Positions 1 through 14,162 of a stretch of DNA of 64,000 nucleotides are shown in pieces. The DNA is taken from positions 3,160 through 67,159 of the forward strand of contig CDRNVI010000147.1 of NCBI GenBank assembly GCA_977017575.1, written 5' to 3'. The notes beneath the pieces were generated by a model. The model was not told where the DNA came from. It saw only the letters and a program-made list of their open reading frames with translations, and did no database searches. This DNA comes from Paramoeba atlantica (taxonomy: Eukaryota > Protista > Discosea). The translations under genes and the position numbers were made by a program. Numbering within the stretch: position 1 is the stretch's first letter; every line of letters starts with the position of its first letter.

Positions 1-3000
1 AATACAAAAAGTGGTCTTAATACAAAAAGTGGTCTTAATACAAAAAGTGGTCTTAATACAAAAAGTGGTCTTAATACAAAAAGTGGTCTTAATACAAAAA
101 GTGGTCTTAATACAAAAAGTGGTCTTAATACAAAAAGTGGTCTTAATACAAAAAGTGGTCTTAATACAAAAAGTGGTCTTAATACAAAAAGTGGTCTTAA
201 TACAAAAAGTGGTCTTAATACAAAAAGTGGTCTTAATACAAAAAGTGGTCTTAATACAAAAAGTGGTCTTAATACAAAAAGTGGTCTTAATACAAAAAGT
301 GGTCTTAATACAAAAAGTGGTCTTAATACAAAAAGTGGTCTTAATACAAAAAGTGGTCTTAATACAAAAAGTGGTCTTAATACAAAAAGTGGTCTTAATA
401 CAAAAAGTGGTCTTAATACAAAAAGTGGTCTTAATACAAAAAGTGGTCTTAATACAAAAAGTGGTCTTAATACAAAAAGTGGTCTTAATACAAAAAGTGG
501 TCTTAATACAAAAAGTGGTCTTAATACAAAAAGTGGTCTTAATACAAAAAGTGGTCTTAATACAAAAAGTGGTCTTAATACAAAAAGTGGTCTTAATACA
601 AAAAGTGGTCTTAATACAAAAAGTGGTCTTAATACAAAAAGTGGTCTTAATACAAAAAGTGGTCTTAATACAAAAAGTGGTCTTAATACAAAAAGTGGTC
701 TTAATACAAAAAGTGGTCTTAATACAAAAAGTGGTCTTAATACAAAAAGTGGTCTTAATACAAAAAGTGGTCTTAATACAAAAAGTGGTCTTAATACAAA
801 AAGTGGTCTTAATACAAAAAGTGGTCTTAATACAAAAAGTGGTCTTAATACAAAAAGTGGTCTTAATACAAAAAGTGGTCTTAATACAAAAAGTGGTCTT
901 AATACAAAAAGTGGTCTTAATACAAAAAGTGGTCTTAATACAAAAAGTGGTCTTAATACAAAAAGTGGTCTTAATACAAAAAGTGGTCTTAATACAAAAA
1001 GTGGTCTTAATACAAAAAGTGGTCTTAATACAAAAAGTGGTCTTAATACAAAAAGTGGTCTTAATACAAAAAGTGGTCTTAATACAAAAAGTGGTCTTAA
1101 TACAAAAAGTGGTCTTAATACAAAAAGTGGTCTTAATACAAAAAGTGGTCTTAATACAAAAAGTGGTCTTAATACAAAAAGTGGTCTTAATACAAAAAGT
1201 GGTCTTAATACAAAAAGTGGTCTTAATACAAAAAGTGGTCTTAATACAAAAAGTGGTCTTAATACAAAAAGTGGTCTTAATACAAAAAGTGGTCTTAATA
1301 CAAAAAGTGGTCTTAATACAAAAAGTGGTCTTAATACAAAAAGTGGTCTTAATACAAAAAGTGGTCTTAATACAAAAAGTGGTCTTAATACAAAAAGTGG
1401 TCTTAATACAAAAAGTGGTCTTAATACAAAAAGTGGTCTTAATACAAAAAGTGGTCTTAATACAAAAAGTGGTCTTAATACAAAAAGTGGTCTTAATACA
1501 AAAAGTGGTCTTAATACAAAAAGTGGTCTTAATACAAAAAGTGGTCTTAATACAAAAAGTGGTCTTAATACAAAAAGTGGTCTTAATACAAAAAGTGGTC
1601 TTAATACAAAAAGTGGTCTTAATACAAAAAGTGGTCTTAATACAAAAAGTGGTCTTAATACAAAAAGTGGTCTTAATACAAAAAGTGGTCTTAATACAAA
1701 AAGTGGTCTTAATACAAAAAGTGGTCTTAATACAAAAAGTGGTCTTAATACAAAAAGTGGTCTTAATACAAAAAGTGGTCTTAATACAAAAAGTGGTCTT
1801 AATACAAAAAGTGGTCTTAATACAAAAAGTGGTCTTAATACAAAAAGTGGTCTTAATACAAAAAGTGGTCTTAATACAAAAAGTGGTCTTAATACAAAAA
1901 GTGGTCTTAATACAAAAAGTGGTCTTAATACAAAAAGTGGTCTTAATACAAAAAGTGGTCTTAATACAAAAAGTGGTCTTAATACAAAAAGTGGTCTTAA
2001 TACAAAAAGTGGTCTTAATACAAAAAGTGGTCTTAATACAAAAAGTGGTCTTAATACAAAAAGTGGTCTTAATACAAAAAGTGGTCTTAATACAAAAAGT
2101 GGTCTTAATACAAAAAGTGGTCTTAATACAAAAAGTGGTCTTAATACAAAAAGTGGTCTTAATACAAAAAGTGGTCTTAATACAAAAAGTGGTCTTAATA
2201 CAAAAAGTGGTCTTAATACAAAAAGTGGTCTTAATACAAAAAGTGGTCTTAATACAAAAAGTGGTCTTAATACAAAAAGTGGTCTTAATACAAAAAGTGG
2301 TCTTAATACAAAAAGTGGTCTTAATACAAAAAGTGGTCTTAATACAAAAAGTGGTCTTAATACAAAAAGTGGTCTTAATACAAAAAGTGGTCTTAATACA
2401 AAAAGTGGTCTTAATACAAAAAGTGGTCTTAATACAAAAAGTGGTCTTAATACAAAAAGTGGTCTTAATACAAAAAGTGGTCTTAATACAAAAAGTGGTC
2501 TTAATACAAAAAGTGGTCTTAATACAAAAAGTGGTCTTAATACAAAAAGTGGTCTTAATACAAAAAGTGGTCTTAATACAAAAAGTGGTCTTAATACAAA
2601 AAGTGGTCTTAATACAAAAAGTGGTCTTAATACAAAAAGTGGTCTTAATACAAAAAGTGGTCTTAATACAAAAAGTGGTCTTAATACAAAAAGTGGTCTT
2701 AATACAAAAAGTGGTCTTAATACAAAAAGTGGTCTTAATACAAAAAGTGGTCTTAATACAAAAAGTGGTCTTAATACAAAAAGTGGTCTTAATACAAAAA
2801 GTGGTCTTAATACAAAAAGTGGTCTTAATACAAAAAGTGGTCTTAATACAAAAAGTGGTCTTAATACAAAAAGTGGTCTTAATACAAAAAGTGGTCTTAA
2901 TACAAAAAGTGGTCTTAATACAAAAAGTGGTCTTAATACAAAAAGTGGTCTTAATACAAAAAGTGGTCTTAATACAAAAAGTGGTCTTAATACAAAAAGT

Positions 3001-6000
3001 GGTCTTAATACAAAAAGTGGTCTTAATACAAAAAGTGGTCTTAATACAAAAAGTGGTCTTAATACAAAAAGTGGTCTTAATACAAAAAGTGGTCTTAATA
3101 CAAAAAGTGGTCTTAATACAAAAAGTGGTCTTAATACAAAAAGTGGTCTTAATACAAAAAGTGGTCTTAATACAAAAAGTGGTCTTAATACAAAAAGTGG
3201 TCTTAATACAAAAAGTGGTCTTAATACAAAAAGTGGTCTTAATACAAAAAGTGGTCTTAATACAAAAAGTGGTCTTAATACAAAAAGTGGTCTTAATACA
3301 AAAAGTGGTCTTAATACAAAAAGTGGTCTTAATACAAAAAGTGGTCTTAATACAAAAAGTGGTCTTAATACAAAAAGTGGTCTTAATACAAAAAGTGGTC
3401 TTAATACAAAAAGTGGTCTTAATACAAAAAGTGGTCTTAATACAAAAAGTGGTCTTAATACAAAAAGTGGTCTTAATACAAAAAGTGGTCTTAATACAAA
3501 AAGTGGTCTTAATACAAAAAGTGGTCTTAATACAAAAAGTGGTCTTAATACAAAAAGTGGTCTTAATACAAAAAGTGGTCTTAATACAAAAAGTGGTCTT
3601 AATACAAAAAGTGGTCTTAATACAAAAAGTGGTCTTAATACAAAAAGTGGTCTTAATACAAAAAGTGGTCTTAATACAAAAAGTGGTCTTAATACAAAAA
3701 GTGGTCTTAATACAAAAAGTGGTCTTAATACAAAAAGTGGTCTTAATACAAAAAGTGGTCTTAATACAAAAAGTGGTCTTAATACAAAAAGTGGTCTTAA
3801 TACAAAAAGTGGTCTTAATACAAAAAGTGGTCTTAATACAAAAAGTGGTCTTAATACAAAAAGTGGTCTTAATACAAAAAGTGGTCTTAATACAAAAAGT
3901 GGTCTTAATACAAAAAGTGGTCTTAATACAAAAAGTGGTCTTAATACAAAAAGTGGTCTTAATACAAAAAGTGGTCTTAATACAAAAAGTGGTCTTAATA
4001 CAAAAAGTGGTCTTAATACAAAAAGTGGTCTTAATACAAAAAGTGGTCTTAATACAAAAAGTGGTCTTAATACAAAAAGTGGTCTTAATACAAAAAGTGG
4101 TCTTAATACAAAAAGTGGTCTTAATACAAAAAGTGGTCTTAATACAAAAAGTGGTCTTAATACAAAAAGTGGTCTTAATACAAAAAGTGGTCTTAATACA
4201 AAAAGTGGTCTTAATACAAAAAGTGGTCTTAATACAAAAAGTGGTCTTAATACAAAAAGTGGTCTTAATACAAAAAGTGGTCTTAATACAAAAAGTGGTC
4301 TTAATACAAAAAGTGGTCTTAATACAAAAAGTGGTCTTAATACAAAAAGTGGTCTTAATACAAAAAGTGGTCTTAATACAAAAAGTGGTCTTAATACAAA
4401 AAGTGGTCTTAATACAAAAAGTGGTCTTAATACAAAAAGTGGTCTTAATACAAAAAGTGGTCTTAATACAAAAAGTGGTCTTAATACAAAAAGTGGTCTT
4501 AATACAAAAAGTGGTCTTAATACAAAAAGTGGTCTTAATACAAAAAGTGGTCTTAATACAAAAAGTGGTCTTAATACAAAAAGTGGTCTTAATACAAAAA
4601 GTGGTCTTAATACAAAAAGTGGTCTTAATACAAAAAGTGGTCTTAATACAAAAAGTGGTCTTAATACAAAAAGTGGTCTTAATACAAAAAGTGGTCTTAA
4701 TACAAAAAGTGGTCTTAATACAAAAAGTGGTCTTAATACAAAAAGTGGTCTTAATACAAAAAGTGGTCTTAATACAAAAAGTGGTCTTAATACAAAAAGT
4801 GGTCTTAATACAAAAAGTGGTCTTAATACAAAAAGTGGTCTTAATACAAAAAGTGGTCTTAATACAAAAAGTGGTCTTAATACAAAAAGTGGTCTTAATA
4901 CAAAAAGTGGTCTTAATACAAAAAGTGGTCTTAATACAAAAAGTGGTCTTAATACAAAAAGTGGTCTTAATACAAAAAGTGGTCTTAATACAAAAAGTGG
5001 TCTTAATACAAAAAGTGGTCTTAATACAAAAAGTGGTCTTAATACAAAAAGTGGTCTTAATACAAAAAGTGGTCTTAATACAAAAAGTGGTCTTAATACA
5101 AAAAGTGGTCTTAATACAAAAAGTGGTCTTAATACAAAAAGTGGTCTTAATACAAAAAGTGGTCTTAATACAAAAAGTGGTCTTAATACAAAAAGTGGTC
5201 TTAATACAAAAAGTGGTCTTAATACAAAAAGTGGTCTTAATACAAAAAGTGGTCTTAATACAAAAAGTGGTCTTAATACAAAAAGTGGTCTTAATACAAA
5301 AAGTGGTCTTAATACAAAAAGTGGTCTTAATACAAAAAGTGGTCTTAATACAAAAAGTGGTCTTAATACAAAAAGTGGTCTTAATACAAAAAGTGGTCTT
5401 AATACAAAAAGTGGTCTTAATACAAAAAGTGGTCTTAATACAAAAAGTGGTCTTAATACAAAAAGTGGTCTTAATACAAAAAGTGGTCTTAATACAAAAA
5501 GTGGTCTTAATACAAAAAGTGGTCTTAATACAAAAAGTGGTCTTAATACAAAAAGTGGTCTTAATACAAAAAGTGGTCTTAATACAAAAAGTGGTCTTAA
5601 TACAAAAAGTGGTCTTAATACAAAAAGTGGTCTTAATACAAAAAGTGGTCTTAATACAAAAAGTGGTCTTAATACAAAAAGTGGTCTTAATACAAAAAGT
5701 GGTCTTAATACAAAAAGTGGTCTTAATACAAAAAGTGGTCTTAATACAAAAAGTGGTCTTAATACAAAAAGTGGTCTTAATACAAAAAGTGGTCTTAATA
5801 CAAAAAGTGGTCTTAATACAAAAAGTGGTCTTAATACAAAAAGTGGTCTTAATACAAAAAGTGGTCTTAATACAAAAAGTGGTCTTAATACAAAAAGTGG
5901 TCTTAATACAAAAAGTGGTCTTAATACAAAAAGTGGTCTTAATACAAAAAGTGGTCTTAATACAAAAAGTGGTCTTAATACAAAAAGTGGTCTTAATACA

Positions 6001-8694
6001 AAAAGTGGTCTTAATACAAAAAGTGGTCTTAATACAAAAAGTGGTCTTAATACAAAAAGTGGTCTTAATACAAAAAGTGGTCTTAATACAAAAAGTGGTC
6101 TTAATACAAAAAGTGGTCTTAATACAAAAAGTGGTCTTAATACAAAAAGTGGTCTTAATACAAAAAGTGGTCTTAATACAAAAAGTGGTCTTAATACAAA
6201 AAGTGGTCTTAATACAAAAAGTGGTCTTAATACAAAAAGTGGTCTTAATACAAAAAGTGGTCTTAATACAAAAAGTGGTCTTAATACAAAAAGTGGTCTT
6301 AATACAAAAAGTGGTCTTAATACAAAAAGTGGTCTTAATACAAAAAGTGGTCTTAATACAAAAAGTGGTCTTAATACAAAAAGTGGTCTTAATACAAAAA
6401 GTGGTCTTAATACAAAAAGTGGTCTTAATACAAAAAGTGGTCTTAATACAAAAAGTGGTCTTAATACAAAAAGTGGTCTTAATACAAAAAGTGGTCTTAA
6501 TACAAAAAGTGGTCTTAATACAAAAAGTGGTCTTAATACAAAAAGTGGTCTTAATACAAAAAGTGGTCTTAATACAAAAAGTGGTCTTAATACAAAAAGT
6601 GGTCTTAATACAAAAAGTGGTCTTAATACAAAAAGTGGTCTTAATACAAAAAGTGGTCTTAATACAAAAAGTGGTCTTAATACAAAAAGTGGTCTTAATA
6701 CAAAAAGTGGTCTTAATACAAAAAGTGGTCTTAATACAAAAAGTGGTCTTAATACAAAAAGTGGTCTTAATACAAAAAGTGGTCTTAATACAAAAAGTGG
6801 TCTTAATACAAAAAGTGGTCTTAATACAAAAAGTGGTCTTAATACAAAAAGTGGTCTTAATACAAAAAGTGGTCTTAATACAAAAAGTGGTCTTAATACA
6901 AAAAGTGGTCTTAATACAAAAAGTGGTCTTAATACAAAAAGTGGTCTTAATACAAAAAGTGGTCTTAATACAAAAAGTGGTCTTAATACAAAAAGTGGTC
7001 TTAATACAAAAAGTGGTCTTAATACAAAAAGTGGTCTTAATACAAAAAGTGGTCTTAATACAAAAAGTGGTCTTAATACAAAAAGTGGTCTTAATACAAA
7101 AAGTGGTCTTAATACAAAAAGTGGTCTTAATACAAAAAGTGGTCTTAATACAAAAAGTGGTCTTAATACAAAAAGTGGTCTTAATACAAAAAGTGGTCTT
7201 AATACAAAAAGTGGTCTTAATACAAAAAGTGGTCTTAATACAAAAAGTGGTCTTAATACAAAAAGTGGTCTTAATACAAAAAGTGGTCTTAATACAAAAA
7301 GTGGTCTTAATACAAAAAGTGGTCTTAATACAAAAAGTGGTCTTAATACAAAAAGTGGTCTTAATACAAAAAGTGGTCTTAATACAAAAAGTGGTCTTAA
7401 TACAAAAAGTGGTCTTAATACAAAAAGTGGTCTTAATACAAAAAGTGGTCTTAATACAAAAAGTGGTCTTAATACAAAAAGTGGTCTTAATACAAAAAGT
7501 GGTCTTAATACAAAAAGTGGTCTTAATACAAAAAGTGGTCTTAATACAAAAAGTGGTCTTAATACAAAAAGTGGTCTTAATACAAAAAGTGGTCTTAATA
7601 CAAAAAGTGGTCTTAATACAAAAAGTGGTCTTAATACAAAAAGTGGTCTTAATACAAAAAGTGGTCTTAATACAAAAAGTGGTCTTAATACAAAAAGTGG
7701 TCTTAATACAAAAAGTGGTCTTAATACAAAAAGTGGTCTTAATACAAAAAGTGGTCTTAATACAAAAAGTGGTCTTAATACAAAAAGTGGTCTTAATACA
7801 AAAAGTGGTCTTAATACAAAAAGTGGTCTTAATACAAAAAGTGGTCTTAATACAAAAAGTGGTCTTAATACAAAAAGTGGTCTTAATACAAAAAGTGGTC
7901 TTAATACAAAAAGTGGTCTTAATACAAAAAGTGGTCTTAATACAAAAAGTGGTCTTAATACAAAAAGTGGTCTTAATACAAAAAGTGGTCTTAATACAAA
8001 AAGTGGTCTTAATACAAAAAGTGGTCTTAATACAAAAAGTGGTCTTAATACAAAAAGTGGTCTTAATACAAAAAGTGGTCTTAATACAAAAAGTGGTCTT
8101 AATACAAAAAGTGGTCTTAATACAAAAAGTGGTCTTAATACAAAAAGTGGTCTTAATACAAAAAGTGGTCTTAATACAAAAAGTGGTCTTAATACAAAAA
8201 GTGGTCTTAATACAAAAAGTGGTCTTAATACAAAAAGTGGTCTTAATACAAAAAGTGGTCTTAATACAAAAAGTGGTCTTAATACAAAAAGTGGTCTTAA
8301 TACAAAAAGTGGTCTTAATACAAAAAGTGGTCTTAATACAAAAAGTGGTCTTAATACAAAAAGTGGTCTTAATACAAAAAGTGGTCTTAATACAAAAAGT
8401 GGTCTTAATACAAAAAGTGGTCTTAATACAAAAAGTGGTCTTAATACAAAAAGTGGTCTTAATACAAAAAGTGGTCTTAATACAAAAAGTGGTCTTAATA
8501 CAAAAAGTGGTCTTAATACAAAAAGTGGTCTTAATACAAAAAGTGGTCTTAATACAAAAAGTGGTCTTAATACAAAAAGTGGTCTTAATACAAAAAGTGG
8601 TCTTAATACAAAAAGTGGTCTTAATACAAAAAGTGGTCTTAATACAAAAAGTGGTCTTAATACAAAAAGTGGTCTTAATACAAAAAGTGGTCTT
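1..8694. repeat. 18-bp tandem array (AATACAAAAAGTGGTCTT)n, 483 units to window edge
   Basis: Unit read directly; no variant unit noticed; array runs off the left window edge. Confidence 0.99.
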
Positions 8695-8928
8695 GGCTCC
8701 ACGGGCACTTCAGTGAGTTTTTGAGACACTTCGATGATTTCTCATCGAAGTGCCTACGTGTCACAGGGTGACTCATCGAAACGTCAATCTTCTCATCGAA
8801 GGTGATTTTAATTGCTTTGGCAAGAAAAAAATCGAGAACATGAAAATAAGAAAGCGGCGACACTGAGAATCTGTGTCTGCCACTTCCGCAGGTTTGTGTA
8901 TTTGTTTTCCTATACTATGACACCTAGT

Positions 8929-9204
8929 TTACGTGTCTGGAGGCAAGGCCCAACTTTGAGCGAAGCCCACTTCTGGAGGCAAAAGCCCCCGTTTGCGAGC
9001 AAGGCCCAACTGTGAGCGTAGCCCTGGGACAAAATTATATTTTTTGGCGACCCGCGCGCTCCATGCGGAGGTGGTGGATATTGGCACGGCGGGCGGAGGA
9101 GGAGTTGGCATCACGGCCTTCTTTTTCCGGCGGGCAGGAGGGAGCGGCAAATTCTCAGGAGCCACTCCTGATTCTTTTGCTTTGGAGCGTGTGAACACTC
9201 CCAT
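8929..9204 (-). pseudogene. Short SL-headed ORF fragment (MGVFTRSKAKES..., basic/Pro-rich) carried inside the TIR element; product unknown
   Basis: ATG at 9204 lies 23 nt after the SL-like 39-mer on the same strand; no recognisable domain. Confidence 0.4.
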
Positions 9205-9227
9205 GAAAGGTAAAAAAAGTAAATAAT

Positions 9228-9266
9228 CAACAAGGTGCAGAAACTGTATCTTTATCGTTAAAGATT
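9228..9266 (-). other. Spliced-leader-like 39-mer (relic), one mismatch to the 17910 copy
   Basis: Revcomp AATCTTTAACGATAAAGATACAGTTTCTGCACCTTGTTG; not followed by a GT donor. Confidence 0.75.
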
Positions 9267-9293
9267 ATTGTACGTGTGCTTCTCTCTAGATTC

Positions 9294-9483
9294 GTGGGAA
9301 GCAATTTGCGAAGCCCAACTACCTTGATAACAAATTTTAGTACCCATTTTGGCCGCGCGGGGGCCCCCGCGTGAGCGGGGGTGCGCGCGGCCGCGAAACG
9401 GCGAGGGCCCGCGTGAGCGGGCCTGAGCCGTACCCCGCGTAGGATTCCCCTGTGCGTCGTTAGTGGGAAGCAATTTGCGAAGC
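9294..9483 (+). repeat. 190-bp GC-rich hairpin module bounded by 21-bp direct repeats GTGGGAAGCAATTTGCGAAGC
   Basis: Direct repeats at 9294-9314 and 9463-9483; also present at 13463-13652, 59211-59400 and 63698-63887 (minus). Confidence 0.9.
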
Positions 9484-9993
9484 TCACTGAATTTCGTAGT
9501 TTTCGCTACGCAGGCGTTGTCAACGTATATCTTCTTATAATTTATTCTTAAAAAAAGGGTCCGTTGATTTCTAATGCATTTTTTTACTCCATATTTTCAG
9601 CGTTCTGATATCTTTGCCCCTTCAAGGGCTTTACTTCATACTAATCTGTCTTACAAACAGACTTCCAAAAGACACGCCCCACAGCTACACCCTTCATATT
9701 CATCCCGACGTTTACGCCAACCAGTGCCTCGAGGTCCAACCGAGCAGAATGGGATTTTCGGCGCTCAAGATTAGAGCACGAGAGGTGGAGGATATTAACT
9801 CCGCACTGAGATCGCGCACTGAGGACCTATGTCTGCCACTTCCGCAGTATTGTGTATTTGTTTTTTAGTCGAAAATGCAGCTACCACCTCAAAAGTAATT
9901 AAAATCACCTTCGATGAGTTTCTTTCGTTTCGATGAGTTTCGTTTTGACACGTGGGCGTTTCGATGAGTACTCACGGAAGTGTCCTCGTACCC

Positions 9994-12863
9994 GTGGTCT
10001 TAATACAAAAAGTGGTCTTAATACAAAAAGTGGTCTTAATACAAAAAGTGGTCTTAATACAAAAAGTGGTCTTAATACAAAAAGTGGTCTTAATACAAAA
10101 AGTGGTCTTAATACAAAAAGTGGTCTTAATACAAAAAGTGGTCTTAATACAAAAAGTGGTCTTAATACAAAAAGTGGTCTTAATACAAAAAGTGGTCTTA
10201 ATACAAAAAGTGGTCTTAATACAAAAAGTGGTCTTAATACAAAAAGTGGTCTTAATACAAAAAGTGGTCTTAATACAAAAAGTGGTCTTAATACAAAAAG
10301 TGGTCTTAATACAAAAAGTGGTCTTAATACAAAAAGTGGTCTTAATACAAAAAGTGGTCTTAATACAAAAAGTGGTCTTAATACAAAAAGTGGTCTTAAT
10401 ACAAAAAGTGGTCTTAATACAAAAAGTGGTCTTAATACAAAAAGTGGTCTTAATACAAAAAGTGGTCTTAATACAAAAAGTGGTCTTAATACAAAAAGTG
10501 GTCTTAATACAAAAAGTGGTCTTAATACAAAAAGTGGTCTTAATACAAAAAGTGGTCTTAATACAAAAAGTGGTCTTAATACAAAAAGTGGTCTTAATAC
10601 AAAAAGTGGTCTTAATACAAAAAGTGGTCTTAATACAAAAAGTGGTCTTAATACAAAAAGTGGTCTTAATACAAAAAGTGGTCTTAATACAAAAAGTGGT
10701 CTTAATACAAAAAGTGGTCTTAATACAAAAAGTGGTCTTAATACAAAAAGTGGTCTTAATACAAAAAGTGGTCTTAATACAAAAAGTGGTCTTAATACAA
10801 AAAGTGGTCTTAATACAAAAAGTGGTCTTAATACAAAAAGTGGTCTTAATACAAAAAGTGGTCTTAATACAAAAAGTGGTCTTAATACAAAAAGTGGTCT
10901 TAATACAAAAAGTGGTCTTAATACAAAAAGTGGTCTTAATACAAAAAGTGGTCTTAATACAAAAAGTGGTCTTAATACAAAAAGTGGTCTTAATACAAAA
11001 AGTGGTCTTAATACAAAAAGTGGTCTTAATACAAAAAGTGGTCTTAATACAAAAAGTGGTCTTAATACAAAAAGTGGTCTTAATACAAAAAGTGGTCTTA
11101 ATACAAAAAGTGGTCTTAATACAAAAAGTGGTCTTAATACAAAAAGTGGTCTTAATACAAAAAGTGGTCTTAATACAAAAAGTGGTCTTAATACAAAAAG
11201 TGGTCTTAATACAAAAAGTGGTCTTAATACAAAAAGTGGTCTTAATACAAAAAGTGGTCTTAATACAAAAAGTGGTCTTAATACAAAAAGTGGTCTTAAT
11301 ACAAAAAGTGGTCTTAATACAAAAAGTGGTCTTAATACAAAAAGTGGTCTTAATACAAAAAGTGGTCTTAATACAAAAAGTGGTCTTAATACAAAAAGTG
11401 GTCTTAATACAAAAAGTGGTCTTAATACAAAAAGTGGTCTTAATACAAAAAGTGGTCTTAATACAAAAAGTGGTCTTAATACAAAAAGTGGTCTTAATAC
11501 AAAAAGTGGTCTTAATACAAAAAGTGGTCTTAATACAAAAAGTGGTCTTAATACAAAAAGTGGTCTTAATACAAAAAGTGGTCTTAATACAAAAAGTGGT
11601 CTTAATACAAAAAGTGGTCTTAATACAAAAAGTGGTCTTAATACAAAAAGTGGTCTTAATACAAAAAGTGGTCTTAATACAAAAAGTGGTCTTAATACAA
11701 AAAGTGGTCTTAATACAAAAAGTGGTCTTAATACAAAAAGTGGTCTTAATACAAAAAGTGGTCTTAATACAAAAAGTGGTCTTAATACAAAAAGTGGTCT
11801 TAATACAAAAAGTGGTCTTAATACAAAAAGTGGTCTTAATACAAAAAGTGGTCTTAATACAAAAAGTGGTCTTAATACAAAAAGTGGTCTTAATACAAAA
11901 AGTGGTCTTAATACAAAAAGTGGTCTTAATACAAAAAGTGGTCTTAATACAAAAAGTGGTCTTAATACAAAAAGTGGTCTTAATACAAAAAGTGGTCTTA
12001 ATACAAAAAGTGGTCTTAATACAAAAAGTGGTCTTAATACAAAAAGTGGTCTTAATACAAAAAGTGGTCTTAATACAAAAAGTGGTCTTAATACAAAAAG
12101 TGGTCTTAATACAAAAAGTGGTCTTAATACAAAAAGTGGTCTTAATACAAAAAGTGGTCTTAATACAAAAAGTGGTCTTAATACAAAAAGTGGTCTTAAT
12201 ACAAAAAGTGGTCTTAATACAAAAAGTGGTCTTAATACAAAAAGTGGTCTTAATACAAAAAGTGGTCTTAATACAAAAAGTGGTCTTAATACAAAAAGTG
12301 GTCTTAATACAAAAAGTGGTCTTAATACAAAAAGTGGTCTTAATACAAAAAGTGGTCTTAATACAAAAAGTGGTCTTAATACAAAAAGTGGTCTTAATAC
12401 AAAAAGTGGTCTTAATACAAAAAGTGGTCTTAATACAAAAAGTGGTCTTAATACAAAAAGTGGTCTTAATACAAAAAGTGGTCTTAATACAAAAAGTGGT
12501 CTTAATACAAAAAGTGGTCTTAATACAAAAAGTGGTCTTAATACAAAAAGTGGTCTTAATACAAAAAGTGGTCTTAATACAAAAAGTGGTCTTAATACAA
12601 AAAGTGGTCTTAATACAAAAAGTGGTCTTAATACAAAAAGTGGTCTTAATACAAAAAGTGGTCTTAATACAAAAAGTGGTCTTAATACAAAAAGTGGTCT
12701 TAATACAAAAAGTGGTCTTAATACAAAAAGTGGTCTTAATACAAAAAGTGGTCTTAATACAAAAAGTGGTCTTAATACAAAAAGTGGTCTTAATACAAAA
12801 AGTGGTCTTAATACAAAAAGTGGTCTTAATACAAAAAGTGGTCTTAATACAAAAAGTGGTCTT
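9994..12863. repeat. 18-bp tandem array, block 2 (~159 units)
   Basis: Same unit, read directly. Confidence 0.99.
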
Positions 12864-14162
12864 GGCTCCACGGGCACTTCAGTGAGTTTTTGAGACACTT
12901 CGATGATTTCTCATCGAAGTGCCTACGTGTCACAGGGTGACTCATCGAAACGTCAATCTTCTCATCGAAGGTGATTTTAATTGCTTTGGCAAGAAAAAAA
13001 TCGAGAACATGAAAATAAGAAAGCGGCGACACTGAGAATCTGTGTCTGCCACTTCCGCAGGTTTGTGTATTTGTTTTCCTATACTATGACACCTAGTTTA
13101 CGTGTCTGGAGGCAAGGCCCAACTTTGAGCGAAGCCCACTTCTGGAGGCAAAAGCCCCCGTTTGCGAGCAAGGCCCAACTGTGAGCGTAGCCCTGGGACA
13201 AAATTATATTTTTTGGCGACCCGCGCGCTCCATGCGGAGGTGGTGGATATTGGCACGGCGGGCGGAGGAGGAGTTGGCATCACGGCCTTCTTTTTCCGGC
13301 GGGCAGGAGGGAGCGGCAAATTCTCAGGAGCCACTCCTGATTCTTTTGCTTTGGAGCGTGTGAACACTCCCATGAAAGGTAAAAAAAGTAAATAATCAAC
13401 AAGGTGCAGAAACTGTATCTTTATCGTTAAAGATTATTGTACGTGTGCTTCTCTCTAGATTCGTGGGAAGCAATTTGCGAAGCCCAACTACCTTGATAAC
13501 AAATTTTAGTACCCATTTTGGCCGCGCGGGGGCCCCCGCGTGAGCGGGGGTGCGCGCGGCCGCGAAACGGCGAGGGCCCGCGTGAGCGGGCCTGAGCCGT
13601 ACCCCGCGTAGGATTCCCCTGTGCGTCGTTAGTGGGAAGCAATTTGCGAAGCTCACTGAATTTCGTAGTTTTCGCTACGCAGGCGTTGTCAACGTATATC
13701 TTCTTATAATTTATTCTTAAAAAAAGGGTCCGTTGATTTCTAATGCATTTTTTTACTCCATATTTTCAGCGTTCTGATATCTTTGCCCCTTCAAGGGCTT
13801 TACTTCATACTAATCTGTCTTACAAACAGACTTCCAAAAGACACGCCCCACAGCTACACCCTTCATATTCATCCCGACGTTTACGCCAACCAGTGCCTCG
13901 AGGTCCAACCGAGCAGAATGGGATTTTCGGCGCTCAAGATTAGAGCACGAGAGGTGGAGGATATTAACTCCGCACTGAGATCGCGCACTGAGGACCTATG
14001 TCTGCCACTTCCGCAGTATTGTGTATTTGTTTTTTAGTCGAAAATGCAGCTACCACCTCAAAAGTAATTAAAATCACCTTCGATGAGTTTCTTTCGTTTC
14101 GATGAGTTTCGTTTTGACACGTGGGCGTTTCGATGAGTACTCACGGAAGTGTCCTCGTACCC
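12864..14162. mobile_element. 1299-bp TIR element, copy 2 (apparently identical, offset 4169 bp)
   Basis: Same termini, same GTGGTCTT TSD and phase; all internal ORFs recur at +4169; SL-like 39-mer at 13397-13435 (minus). Confidence 0.8.

Larger units (their letters stand above)
8695..9993. mobile_element. 1299-bp non-autonomous TIR DNA transposon, copy 1 (Merlin/IS1016-like ends)
   Basis: Flanked by 8-bp duplication GTGGTCTT (8687-8694, 9994-10001). Termini GGCTCCACGGGCACTTCAGTGAGT and revcomp GGGTACGAGGACACTTCCGTGAGT match 18/24. Inverted similarity continues ~130 bp with repeated CTCATCGAA motifs. No transposase ORF. Confidence 0.8.

Noticed and set aside
9227-9487. ORFs over the GC module (also 59049-59551 and 63534-63998)
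   Set aside because: Low-complexity GC-rich frames open on both strands, with no domain signal.
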